Below are positions 32,173-41,469 of a stretch of DNA of 64,000 nucleotides, piece by piece (positions within the stretch are counted from its first letter, which is position 1; each line of letters opens with the position of its first letter). The stretch comes from Candidatus Scalinduaceae bacterium. Its GTDB lineage: Bacteria > Planctomycetota > Brocadiia > Brocadiales > Scalinduaceae. Position numbers and translations under genes: made by a program. The notes beneath the pieces are model-generated. The model ran no database searches. It was not told where the DNA came from and was given only the letters and a program-made list of their open reading frames with translations. The stretch lies in the NCBI GenBank assembly GCA_046759445.1, contig JBHICG010000004.1, forward strand, positions 32,001 to 96,000. The letters run 5' to 3'.

Positions 32173-33876
32173 ATGTTTCGAGAAAGATATGTGACAATTT
32201 TAATAGTGGTTCTTTTGTCTGCTCTTACTCTACAGGTGATTTTAATCATGAAGGAAAAGTCTGTAACGGCCGACGAGATGATCTTCATTAAATCTGGGCA
32301 TCAATACTTGAAAACGGGCAACATTAATATCGATGATGTTAATCCACCATTAATAATGATCATATCTGCCTTACCCCTTTTATTTCTGAATACAACCGTA
32401 GAAACCGAAATTCCACCAGGAGTTGAGGAATTATGGTTTCAGCTTTACTCGTATAGCCAAAATCCTGATCAGATCCTCTTTTGGGCAAGGGTTCCTATGC
32501 TTCTTTTATCTTTGATGTTGGCTTTATTGGTATTTAGATGGGCTAGAGATTTTTACGGTACTAAGGCTGGTTTATTGGCCCTATCCTTATATTCTTTCAG
32601 TCCAACTATTATAAGTTTATCAGGATTTGCTACACTTGATTTGGGTTCGACCTTCTTTATCTTTCTAGCCTTATATCTCTTTTGGAAATTTCTGAAGAAC
32701 CCGAGTCTGGGAAGGTTAGTGATTATGTGCCTTTCTGTTGGATTGGCTTTTTCTTCCAAGCATACTTCATTGATGTTAATCCCAAGTTTCATTTTGTTAT
32801 CTTTTATTGTTGTTTTTAAAGGAAATTTTAACTTACCAGCTACCTGGCCTTTCTTCAAGAAATATGGGAAAAATCATAAAATTATCTTTTGGGGAACATC
32901 TTCCGGAATATTAATAATCATATTGGTACTGACGGTCAATATTGTATGCGGATTTAATGGCACAGGAATACCATTAGGGGATCTCCCATTCGTGGAAAAA
33001 GAAGTTTTTAAGAGTCATCCTCTTTTTAGTAGATTAATAAATCCTTATACCGATTGGATACCGATCCCACTTCCCTATGCATATCTTCGTGGGATAGGTT
33101 CAACGATAGCTCGTACTACCATGACACATGGTTTTCCTTCTTTTTTAATGGGGGAGATTTCTCCAGATGGGTGGTGGTATTATTTTCTCTTTGCATTTGC
33201 GGTTAAGACACCTATTCCTTTTCTTATTGCAATTCTATTCAGCATTGTCTTAATTAAAAAGTCAAAGAATATCAATTGGTGTGATGAGCTCTTTTTAGCA
33301 ATTCCAATCGGTGTAATGTTTATTATGGCCTCCAGGAGCAACGCCCAGATGGGTATACGCCATATATTAGTGGTTTACCCACTTCTGTTTGTATTTGCGA
33401 GTAAGCTCGTCCAGGTGGATTTGAAACGAAAGATAATCACTATAATTTGTGGGATAATATTGGGAATATGGTACGTTTACGCTTCTATTTCCGTATCACC
33501 TCATTATCTCTCGTACTTTAACGAATTTGTGGGTGGACCGAAAAATGGATATCGATATTTAATAGACTCTAACCTTGATTGGGGTCAGGATGTGAAAGGC
33601 TTGGTAAAATTAATGGATAGGAAGGGCATAGATAAGATTAAGTTTGGTCATTGGATAGGGATAGAGCCGAGGTATGCATCTCGTTTTGAAGAGTTAGGAT
33701 GTGAACCAACTACAGGTTGGGTGGCGATTCAAGTCAACTCGTTGCAAGGATTAACGGAAGCCTGGGGGGTATTAAGCCCGGACTGTTATGCGTGGTTAAG
33801 AAAACTGGAACCTGTAGATAGGGCTGGGTATTCAATCTTTGTGTATTATATTCCAACCAAGCCATTATCATTATGA
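32173..33876 (+). CDS. ArnT/PMT-like GT-C glycosyltransferase
   Basis: SVTADE (acidic loop after TM1), NPPL, ATLDLG, SSKHT, GIRHIL, YLSYFNE.VGGP.NG...L.DSNLDWGQD. Confidence 0.85.
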   Translation: MFRERYVTILIVVLLSALTLQVILIMKEKSVTADEMIFIKSGHQYLKTGNINIDDVNPPLIMIISALPLLFLNTTVETEIPPGVEELWFQLYSYSQNPDQILFWARVPMLLLSLMLALLVFRWARDFYGTKAGLLALSLYSFSPTIISLSGFATLDLGSTFFIFLALYLFWKFLKNPSLGRLVIMCLSVGLAFSSKHTSLMLIPSFILLSFIVVFKGNFNLPATWPFFKKYGKNHKIIFWGTSSGILIIILVLTVNIVCGFNGTGIPLGDLPFVEKEVFKSHPLFSRLINPYTDWIPIPLPYAYLRGIGSTIARTTMTHGFPSFLMGEISPDGWWYYFLFAFAVKTPIPFLIAILFSIVLIKKSKNINWCDELFLAIPIGVMFIMASRSNAQMGIRHILVVYPLLFVFASKLVQVDLKRKIITIICGIILGIWYVYASISVSPHYLSYFNEFVGGPKNGYRYLIDSNLDWGQDVKGLVKLMDRKGIDKIKFGHWIGIEPRYASRFEELGCEPTTGWVAIQVNSLQGLTEAWGVLSPDCYAWLRKLEPVDRAGYSIFVYYIPTKPLSL

Positions 33877-33966
33877 CTTTAATCTCAAATACTTGCATGG
33901 TATTATAAACTGAAGAAAGCAGGATGTTTAACCACAAAATCTGGATGGAAGTGAAGATATAATATT

Positions 33967-34650
33967 ATGGATGGTAATAATACAATTTCAATAGTTATTC
34001 CAACTAAAAACGAAGAGAAGACAATCGGGGAGGTAATTAATACAGTTAAATCTTATGGAGACGAAATATTAGTAGTAGATGGGCACTCTACTGACCTAAC
34101 CAGGGAGATTGCCGAAGAACAAGGAGCGAAAGTTGTACTGGATAATGGAAAGGGAAAGGGAGATGGAATACGGGTGGCAATTGAAAAGGTAAGTGGAAGT
34201 ATAATAGTCTTCATCGATGCAGACGGTTCGCATGACCCACAGGATATCCCTAAGCTCTTAGCTCCCATATTAGAAGGAAATGCCGACCTTGTTATGGGTT
34301 CAAGGATGACTGGAGGAAGCGACGAGTTACACGGTTCAATTGGAGAGGTTGCAAGATTATTAGGGAGTGTCATAATTACGTTAGGGATAAATTACAGATA
34401 TGGTGTAAGGCTTACAGATTATCAAAACGGTTTCAGGGCTATTAAGACATCTGTGGCCAGAGCAATAGGTCTAAAAGAGGACATTACTACCATAGAGCAA
34501 GAAATGGCGATAAAGTGTCTGAAAAAGGGATTTGCTGTTACAGAGGTTCCAACACATGAATATAAAAGAAAGTACGGTGATTCTCGAATTAACTTGAGGA
34601 AAGTTTGGTATAGATACATTTATAGTTGGCAGAAGTATATGTTTTTCTAA
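33967..34650 (+). CDS. GT2, DPM1-like polyprenol-phosphate glycosyltransferase
   Basis: SIVIPTKNEE, VVDGHSTD, GKGDG, FIDADGSH, DLVMGSR, TDYQNGFRA, R.YGDSRI. Confidence 0.9.
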   Translation: MDGNNTISIVIPTKNEEKTIGEVINTVKSYGDEILVVDGHSTDLTREIAEEQGAKVVLDNGKGKGDGIRVAIEKVSGSIIVFIDADGSHDPQDIPKLLAPILEGNADLVMGSRMTGGSDELHGSIGEVARLLGSVIITLGINYRYGVRLTDYQNGFRAIKTSVARAIGLKEDITTIEQEMAIKCLKKGFAVTEVPTHEYKRKYGDSRINLRKVWYRYIYSWQKYMFF

Positions 34651-34681
34651 TTGTTTTCACATAACAATATACCGTTGTTCA

Positions 34682-36091
34682 ATGAAACAAAACAAAAAGG
34701 TTCTTCTTATTATACCCAATGATCACGATACTTACCAAACCAAGGTGCGGGTGGCAATGTATAGTGTCCCTCCAGTCAACATGGCCACTATATCAACGCC
34801 CTTGATAAAGGCAGGTCATCATGTAGAAATATTGAATTTGAACTTAATGAAGAATAATCTGAATACAGTTAGAGATCGAGTATCAAACCTTTTGCCAGAT
34901 TATGTTGGTGTGACCTTCAAGACCCCGTGTTTTTATGATGCTGTGGAGATAGGCAAGATAGTAAAGGAGAATAACCCGGGCACCATTCTTATATGTGGAG
35001 GCCCACACACTTCTTCATTTCCTGAGGATACACTCCTGGACTCACCATTTGATATAGCCGTGGTTGGTGAGGGTGATTTTACTCTAGAAGAGATTGTTTC
35101 TGGCAAACCATGTGAAGAAATAAAGGGTATCTGTTTCAAAGATGAAGATGGACGGATAATAATGAACGAGAGGAGAAAACAGATTAAAGATTTAGACAAT
35201 CTCCCCCTACCGTCCTGGCATCTCTATAATCTAAGAGATTACAAAAGCCCACGAGTAGTTTGCAAGAAAAATCCGGTAGGGATCATGGAGACCAGCAGGG
35301 GTTGCGTCTACAGTTGTATTTATTGTAATAAAAGTGTCTTTGGCAATAATTTTAGGGTTAAATCACCAGAGAGAGTGGTTGATGAAATGGAGTTTATGTT
35401 ACAGTCTGGGTTTAGGGAGATTTGGATTGCTGACGATATGTTTTCTACCAATATTAATAGGGCTAAGAGTATCTGCGACTTAATAATAAAAAGAGAGTTG
35501 AAGTTCCCATGGGCTCTTTTTAATGGTATCAGAGTAGATTTTGTTGATGAGGAGTTATGTTATAAAATGAAGAAGTCGGGATGTTATTATGTATCCGTTG
35601 GTGTAGAATCAGGAAATCAGAAAGTATTAGATAGTACAGATAAGCGTATTACCTTGGAACAGGTAAGGGAAGCTTTTAGGCATTTGAGGAAAGCCCATAT
35701 AATGATTCAGGCATACTTTATGTTTGGTCTGCCACAGGATACAGAGGCCTCTATGCAGGATACCATCGATTTTGCTAAAGAGTTACTTCCGGATATCCCC
35801 AAAGCGGCTATCACTGTACCTTTGCCGGCTACCCCCCTATATGAGGGACTTCATAGAAAAGGAAGAATAAAGACTAACGATTGGAGGGCATATAATCAGC
35901 AAACGACAAAAGAGTTATTTGTGCATCCTAATTTGTCCTGGGAGATCATATGTGAATATAACAGACGATTTTACAAGGAATTATATCTAAACCCAAAATA
36001 TATCTTTCAAAGAATTAGAAGAGGACTAACCGATGGGCAGATATTTTGGGATTGTTACTATTTTTTGAAGAGCCTTAGATACAAGTGGTAA
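34682..36091 (+). CDS. Cobalamin-binding radical SAM protein
   Basis: N-terminal B12-binding domain (GGPHTS, GEGD), then TSRGCVYSCIYC, DDMF, GVESG, FMFGLP. Confidence 0.92.
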   Translation: MKQNKKVLLIIPNDHDTYQTKVRVAMYSVPPVNMATISTPLIKAGHHVEILNLNLMKNNLNTVRDRVSNLLPDYVGVTFKTPCFYDAVEIGKIVKENNPGTILICGGPHTSSFPEDTLLDSPFDIAVVGEGDFTLEEIVSGKPCEEIKGICFKDEDGRIIMNERRKQIKDLDNLPLPSWHLYNLRDYKSPRVVCKKNPVGIMETSRGCVYSCIYCNKSVFGNNFRVKSPERVVDEMEFMLQSGFREIWIADDMFSTNINRAKSICDLIIKRELKFPWALFNGIRVDFVDEELCYKMKKSGCYYVSVGVESGNQKVLDSTDKRITLEQVREAFRHLRKAHIMIQAYFMFGLPQDTEASMQDTIDFAKELLPDIPKAAITVPLPATPLYEGLHRKGRIKTNDWRAYNQQTTKELFVHPNLSWEIICEYNRRFYKELYLNPKYIFQRIRRGLTDGQIFWDCYYFLKSLRYKW

Positions 36092-36330
36092 TTGGTTAAC
36101 GTTGAGGCAGGTAGAAATAGAACTCGCCGCAGAGTCACTCCCGTTAAATTCTTACCAATAATGAGGGAATCTTGGAAAATGCGTTTTTTGGTAGAAGACA
36201 AGGTATTAGGGATAATGTCATTATCCACGTAATCCTAAACCTGAAAGGCCACTAAGTTCAATAATCAACTCAATTCTTTATTACCATATTTTTCTGTCCT
36301 AAAAACTATATTATAAATATACGAGCGATA

Positions 36331-38190
36331 ATGATAATAAATAAGAATAAAAGCCGCTTCATCTTTTACATTTTCTTGGCTTTAGTATTTTCTACCCTTT
36401 ATTGGTTGTGCGAAGTAAGATATCGTGACCATTCCCCCGTTGACCCTCTGCCTAATTTACCCGATTACCTTTTGGATTTACCTTTACCCTTAGGACTTGA
36501 TAAATTACTCCAGAATATGTGTGCGTTCTTGCACATACCAACTGGATTCCTGGAATTAACCATTAAAATGATATCTTCGTTTTGTCTGCGAATAGGTCTA
36601 TTGATTCCGGCGGGACTTTTTTGGGGCTTGGTGATAAGCGACATGATTCCTTATTGTTCTTTAATTAAGGTTGGCAATTTTTTGAAAAATATTGGAGAAA
36701 AGAAACTCCTAATAGCTCTATTTTTAATAGTCTTAATCTTAACTAGTAGTATATCATCCTTTCTTTATCACCATGAAGTTCATATTGCTGATTCAGTTAG
36801 TTATCTGTTCCAGGCTAAGATATTTGCCACAGGAAAGTTATATGCACAGGCGCCACCTTTGAAAGAATTCTTTGATTATGGTTACATTGCTATAGTGAAT
36901 GATGGGGGAAAATGGTATGGCGCTACCTTTCTAGGCCACTCCTTTATGCTCTTATGGGGAGTATTACTAGGTATTCCGTGGGCGGTAGGCTCTCTTTTAG
37001 TTTCGATGTCTGTGGTCTTAATCTATCTGATAGGAAAGGAAATGTACGAAAGAGAGACAGGATTGTATGCTGCGTTATTTGCAATCTTGTCCCCCTTCCT
37101 CTTATTTATTTCTGCTACTTATATGTCTCATTCTTCCTCTCTTTTTTTTATCTCTTTATCTCTGTTTTTCTTTGTCAGGACAGTTAAATATGGTAAATGG
37201 TTTGACCCTTTACTCACAGGAATCTTTTTGGGCCTGGAGTTTAATATCAGACCGTTAATAAGTATCACGTTAGGTATTCCCTTGATGGTCTATTTTTTAT
37301 ACTCTTTTTTTAAGACCAGGATAATACATTTCAGGACGATTGTGCTATTTGTTCTGCCTTGTGTAATTTTTGTAGGAATATTTCTTTTCAATAATTACGT
37401 AGTAACTGGAGATTTCCTTATCACCCCTTATGAAAAATATCGCCCCAATGCTCACTTCGGCTTTGGAGAGGATCTGCCTCATGGCGGATATGATCCTATT
37501 AAGGGCCTTTTTCGGAACATGCTTAATCTGTACAATCTTAACGAGACTCTATTCGGTTGGCCAGGGCTTTCGCTTTTGTTTGTTTTGCTTTTCCTCTTAT
37601 CCTCAAAGAATAAATGGGACTACATCCTTTTTGCGTTTTTGGCATTTACGATAATTGCTCATTATTTTCATTTTGCCCAGGACACTCGAAGGTGGTATGG
37701 AACCTTACCCGCTTTATTACTACTAACTATAAAAGGGTTAAAAGCGACACCAACTCTAATTGAAAGAATTCCTTTTTTTAACCGAATATCAAAAGAAAGA
37801 ACAATATTCATTACGATCATTTTTGTATTTTTTCTATTTCTACAGAGCTTTATTCTGTACTTGCCCAGTATTGTAAAACAATATCGTAATAGCTTTTGGG
37901 ATGCCGATAAGGTTCTTTTTAATTCTCTGAAGGAGCAAAATATAGATAACGCCCTTGTGTTCATGGATGTATCTAATACTATATACGATTTGGGTTTTTC
38001 AAGGATGTCCCCAGACTTAAAAGACAAAGTAATTTTTGCTCGAGACCTGGGTGATAAAAATGCTATGCTTATGCAACAATTTCCAAGAAGGAAATATTAT
38101 CAATTAACCTTTGATGAAATAGATAGGAAGGCATATTTAATTCCATTATTTGATTCTAAACAATCTAAGACATTGGAGGAGAGACAATGA
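36331..38190 (+). CDS. ArnT-like GT-C glycosyltransferase
   Basis: ADSVSYLFQAKIFATG, SATYMSH, FNIRP, N..VTGDF..TPY, ARDLG; multi-TM. Confidence 0.75.
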   Translation: MIINKNKSRFIFYIFLALVFSTLYWLCEVRYRDHSPVDPLPNLPDYLLDLPLPLGLDKLLQNMCAFLHIPTGFLELTIKMISSFCLRIGLLIPAGLFWGLVISDMIPYCSLIKVGNFLKNIGEKKLLIALFLIVLILTSSISSFLYHHEVHIADSVSYLFQAKIFATGKLYAQAPPLKEFFDYGYIAIVNDGGKWYGATFLGHSFMLLWGVLLGIPWAVGSLLVSMSVVLIYLIGKEMYERETGLYAALFAILSPFLLFISATYMSHSSSLFFISLSLFFFVRTVKYGKWFDPLLTGIFLGLEFNIRPLISITLGIPLMVYFLYSFFKTRIIHFRTIVLFVLPCVIFVGIFLFNNYVVTGDFLITPYEKYRPNAHFGFGEDLPHGGYDPIKGLFRNMLNLYNLNETLFGWPGLSLLFVLLFLLSSKNKWDYILFAFLAFTIIAHYFHFAQDTRRWYGTLPALLLLTIKGLKATPTLIERIPFFNRISKERTIFITIIFVFFLFLQSFILYLPSIVKQYRNSFWDADKVLFNSLKEQNIDNALVFMDVSNTIYDLGFSRMSPDLKDKVIFARDLGDKNAMLMQQFPRRKYYQLTFDEIDRKAYLIPLFDSKQSKTLEERQ

Positions 38191-39050
38191 GTATAGAATC
38201 TAAAGTTTCTGTCATTATACCAGTGTACAACGAAGAAGGCATAATCAGAGAAGCAATCAAATCGATTCAGCGCTTAAATAAAGGATATGAGATAATGGTT
38301 GTGGATGATGGTTCTATTGATGATACATTTCGTATAGCCGTTGATACCAGGGCAAAGGTCGTTCAACATCGCCAAAATAAAGGATATGGCGCTGCCCTGA
38401 AAACGGGGGCTAACAAGGCGACAAACGATATTCTTGTTTTTTTTGATGGCGATGGTCAACATAAACCTGAAGATATTGAAAGATTATTACAATATATGCA
38501 GGATAGTGATCTTGTTATGGGGGCTAGAACGAACCTTAGCGAGATAAACCTAATCAGAATGCCGGGGAGATTTATCTTAAAAATATTGGCAAATTATTTA
38601 TCTGGAAATAGGGTTCCTGACGTAAATTCTGGACTTTTGGCCATTAAGAAGGAGCTATTTTTAAAATACATTCCTCTTCTACCAGATGGATTCTCCTGTT
38701 CGACTACAATACTTTTGGCTATGCTTAATGGAAGATACAAGGTAGATTTTTGTCCTATTAAAATAGGAAAGAGGAAAGGGAAAAGTACGGTGAGACCTAT
38801 AAGAGATGGATTTAATACAGTTATGTCCATGATTCGATTGATTGCTTTGTTTAATCCGTTGAGAATTTTTTTGCCGGTTTCATTGTTTCTGTTAGCTGCA
38901 GGGATTACGTATGGATTATATAAATTTATTACTGTGAATTTTGGTCTTTCCGTGGGGTCTCTGTTACTTATTCTGTCCGGGGTGGTTGTATTCTTATTTG
39001 GAATTCTTTGTGATCAGATATCCTCACTCCGTCTTGAAAGATATAAATGA
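38187..39050 (+). CDS. GT2, DPM1-like with two C-terminal TM helices
   Basis: SVIIPVYNEE, VVDDGSID, NKGYGAALKTG, FDGDGQH, DVNSG, NPLRIF; ATGA overlap with the upstream gene. Confidence 0.9.
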   Translation: MSIESKVSVIIPVYNEEGIIREAIKSIQRLNKGYEIMVVDDGSIDDTFRIAVDTRAKVVQHRQNKGYGAALKTGANKATNDILVFFDGDGQHKPEDIERLLQYMQDSDLVMGARTNLSEINLIRMPGRFILKILANYLSGNRVPDVNSGLLAIKKELFLKYIPLLPDGFSCSTTILLAMLNGRYKVDFCPIKIGKRKGKSTVRPIRDGFNTVMSMIRLIALFNPLRIFLPVSLFLLAAGITYGLYKFITVNFGLSVGSLLLILSGVVVFLFGILCDQISSLRLERYK

Positions 39051-39055
39051 GTATC

Positions 39056-39446
39056 TAATTAGTTTCTGTTGCAGAAAACTGAAATGCCTAAAAAATGTCA
39101 TTGGCAATTCTGCAACAGCAGAATTGCTTAGGTGATTCTACTCGCCGAGTAGAATCACACCTGAACCAAGTCCTGAATTAAATTCAGAATAAATTTCAGA
39201 ATCTATATATATGTATAGGAATTTCAAAGTTTGGTAGGAGCCAACTCCCGTTGGCGACAGAGGCTCGCACGCCGTTGTGTGGGGTCGCCGGTAATTCTAT
39301 GAATTGCTTAGCTGTTCCACCTGGAACACCGTCGGGAGACGGCTCCTACCGCATAAAAATTAAAGTCGCCGAAGGCGCTAATTTAATATCAATCCTGAAT
39401 CAAGTTCAGGGTGACAATATAGTATATCCGCAACAGAAACTAATTA
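39056..39446. mobile_element. Expanded (391 bp) copy of the 25395 MITE-like element with nested hairpin/REP insertions
   Basis: Same termini (TAATTAGTTTCTGTTGCAGAAAACTGAAAT... / ...CCGCAACAGAAACTAATTA) and the shared ATATCAATCCTGAATCAAGTTCAGG block. Extra hairpins at 39104-39127 and 39132-39158, plus a REP doublet. Confidence 0.8.
39234..39349. repeat. GTAG-tagged REP doublet in inverted orientation (REPIN-like)
   Basis: GTAGGAGCCAACTCCCGTTGGCG at 39234 and, on the minus strand, GTAGGAGCCGTCTCCCGACGGTG from 39349. Confidence 0.75.
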
Positions 39447-39546
39447 CAAGTTAATCCATGACTTTGGCGATCAACCATTGAGTTTGATATTTGTAATGGA
39501 TTGGAAAGGCATTCGACAGTCTTATTAGGAGGGATGGAACAATAGG

Positions 39547-41442
39547 ATGTGCGGAATTTGTGGAAGGCTTGATTTTAAAAAAGAAGTAAAAGCAAGCAAC
39601 ATTTCTAGTATGACACAAAGCCTGTTTCACCGAGGACCGGATGAAGAAGGTATTTATGTTGAGGGTAGAATTGGATTGGGTTGCAGGAGGTTGAGCATAA
39701 TAGACCTTAAAGGAGGGCATCAACCTCTCAGTAATGAGGATAAGAATATTTGGGCCGTTTTCAATGGAGAGATTTACAATTTTAAAGAGGTAAAGGTTTA
39801 TCTGGAAAAGCAAGGTCATGTTTTTAAAACAAGATGTGATACGGAAGTAATAGTACATTCCTACGAAGAATGGGGAACAAATTTTGTGATACACCTCAAT
39901 GGAATGTTTGCCATTGCGCTCTGGGACAGCAGGCAAAAGAAACTGGTACTGGTGCGTGATAGGGTGGGAATTAAACCTCTGTATTATGCGATTTCTGAAG
40001 ATGGGATTACATTTGGATCTGAATTAAAGGCAGTTTTGAATGATCCCATGGTTCAAGTTGATTTAGATTCCAAGGCAGTGCACTATTTTTTCGCCTTGAA
40101 TTACATTCCTGCGCCATTAACCATTTACAAGCAGGTTAAGAAGTTGAATCCGGGGGAAATGCTTATTTGTGATAGAGACCACGTCAGTACGAAGTGTTAT
40201 TGGGATTTACCCAGAGAATCTGAGGAAGAGAATTCTCTTGGTTTCTATTCCAAAAAGACATATGAAGGGCTTTTAGAATCGGTAGGGTTGAGGTTGATGA
40301 GCGATGTGCCCATGGGGATTTTCCTTAGTGGAGGAGTTGATTCTTCCATAATCTGTGCGCTTTATTCACAAATTACCCAGCAGAAAATTAAAACTTTTTC
40401 TGTAGGGTTTAAAGAGTCTTCATATAATGAACTCGACAAGGCCCGGTTGGTTGCTGAGAGATTTAATACTGATCACTATGAATTGATTATTACTCCAAAG
40501 ATTGATGATATACTTCCAAAACTGGTTCGGTGTTTTGATGAGCCCTTTGCCGATTCCTCTGCTATTCCACTGTATTATGTTTCTACATTGGCCAGTGAAT
40601 ATGTAAAAGTTGTCCTTACCGGGGACGGGGCCGACGAGATATTTGGAGGATATGAAACCTATGTAGCGAATAACCTGATTAATTTATACAAAAAGATACC
40701 ACCGTTTGTAAGAAAAGGGATTATTGCCAAATTGTCATATGCGTTGCCAGTGTGTCACTCTAAGATTAGCTTGGATTATAAAATAAAGAGATTTATAGCT
40801 GGAGCCGAACTTTCACCCATTCATGCACATGCCTTTTGGAGAACTATATTTTCTCTTGAGGAACAGAGTAAAATGTTTTCGGCATCCTTCCAGAGGAATA
40901 TTTCTGAAACCAATTATTTTGAGGATTACGAGGACCATTTTACATTAGGAAAGGAATTTGATTTCCTGAATAGATATATGTATGTGGATGTAAAATTGTA
41001 TTTGCCCAACGATATGCTTGTAAAGGTAGATAGGGTGACTATGGCAAACTCCATTGAAGCTCGGGTTCCGTTTTTAGACCACAATTTGATTGAAATGGCC
41101 TTCAAAATGCCATCAAAATATAAAATTAATTATTTTTCGAAAAAGTATATCCTTAAAAAGGCTTTTTCAGGGATCTTATGTAAAAAGCTTCTTTTTCAGA
41201 AAAAACAAGGTTTTAATGTACCAATACCTATGTGGATCAACAATGAACTTAAGGAACTAATTCGGGACAATTTATTTTCAAAGAAGATGATGGAATCTGG
41301 CATATTTGAGCGCCATTTCTTGAGAAAAATAGTGGATGAACACGCCAAAAGGATTTTTAATCATAGCCACAAGATCTGGGGTCTTTTGATGTTCTCTCTC
41401 TGGTTTGATAACTATAAGCAGTTAAAAAGCCAAAATTTGTAA
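39547..41442 (+). CDS. asnB: Asparagine synthase-like glutamine amidotransferase (polysaccharide-locus type)
   Basis: N-terminal MCGICG, HRGPDE, RRLSIIDL, FNGEIYNF, RDRVGIKPLYY, LSGGVDSS, DEPFADSS, GDGADEIFGGY, EARVPFLD. Confidence 0.93.
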   Translation: MCGICGRLDFKKEVKASNISSMTQSLFHRGPDEEGIYVEGRIGLGCRRLSIIDLKGGHQPLSNEDKNIWAVFNGEIYNFKEVKVYLEKQGHVFKTRCDTEVIVHSYEEWGTNFVIHLNGMFAIALWDSRQKKLVLVRDRVGIKPLYYAISEDGITFGSELKAVLNDPMVQVDLDSKAVHYFFALNYIPAPLTIYKQVKKLNPGEMLICDRDHVSTKCYWDLPRESEEENSLGFYSKKTYEGLLESVGLRLMSDVPMGIFLSGGVDSSIICALYSQITQQKIKTFSVGFKESSYNELDKARLVAERFNTDHYELIITPKIDDILPKLVRCFDEPFADSSAIPLYYVSTLASEYVKVVLTGDGADEIFGGYETYVANNLINLYKKIPPFVRKGIIAKLSYALPVCHSKISLDYKIKRFIAGAELSPIHAHAFWRTIFSLEEQSKMFSASFQRNISETNYFEDYEDHFTLGKEFDFLNRYMYVDVKLYLPNDMLVKVDRVTMANSIEARVPFLDHNLIEMAFKMPSKYKINYFSKKYILKKAFSGILCKKLLFQKKQGFNVPIPMWINNELKELIRDNLFSKKMMESGIFERHFLRKIVDEHAKRIFNHSHKIWGLLMFSLWFDNYKQLKSQNL

Positions 41443-41469
41443 AGATGATACTAAAAAAGTAATATTTAC

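Noticed and set aside
39251..39454. 67-aa ORF upstream of asnB
   Set aside because: Lies almost entirely within the REP/MITE composite; most likely a chance reading frame.
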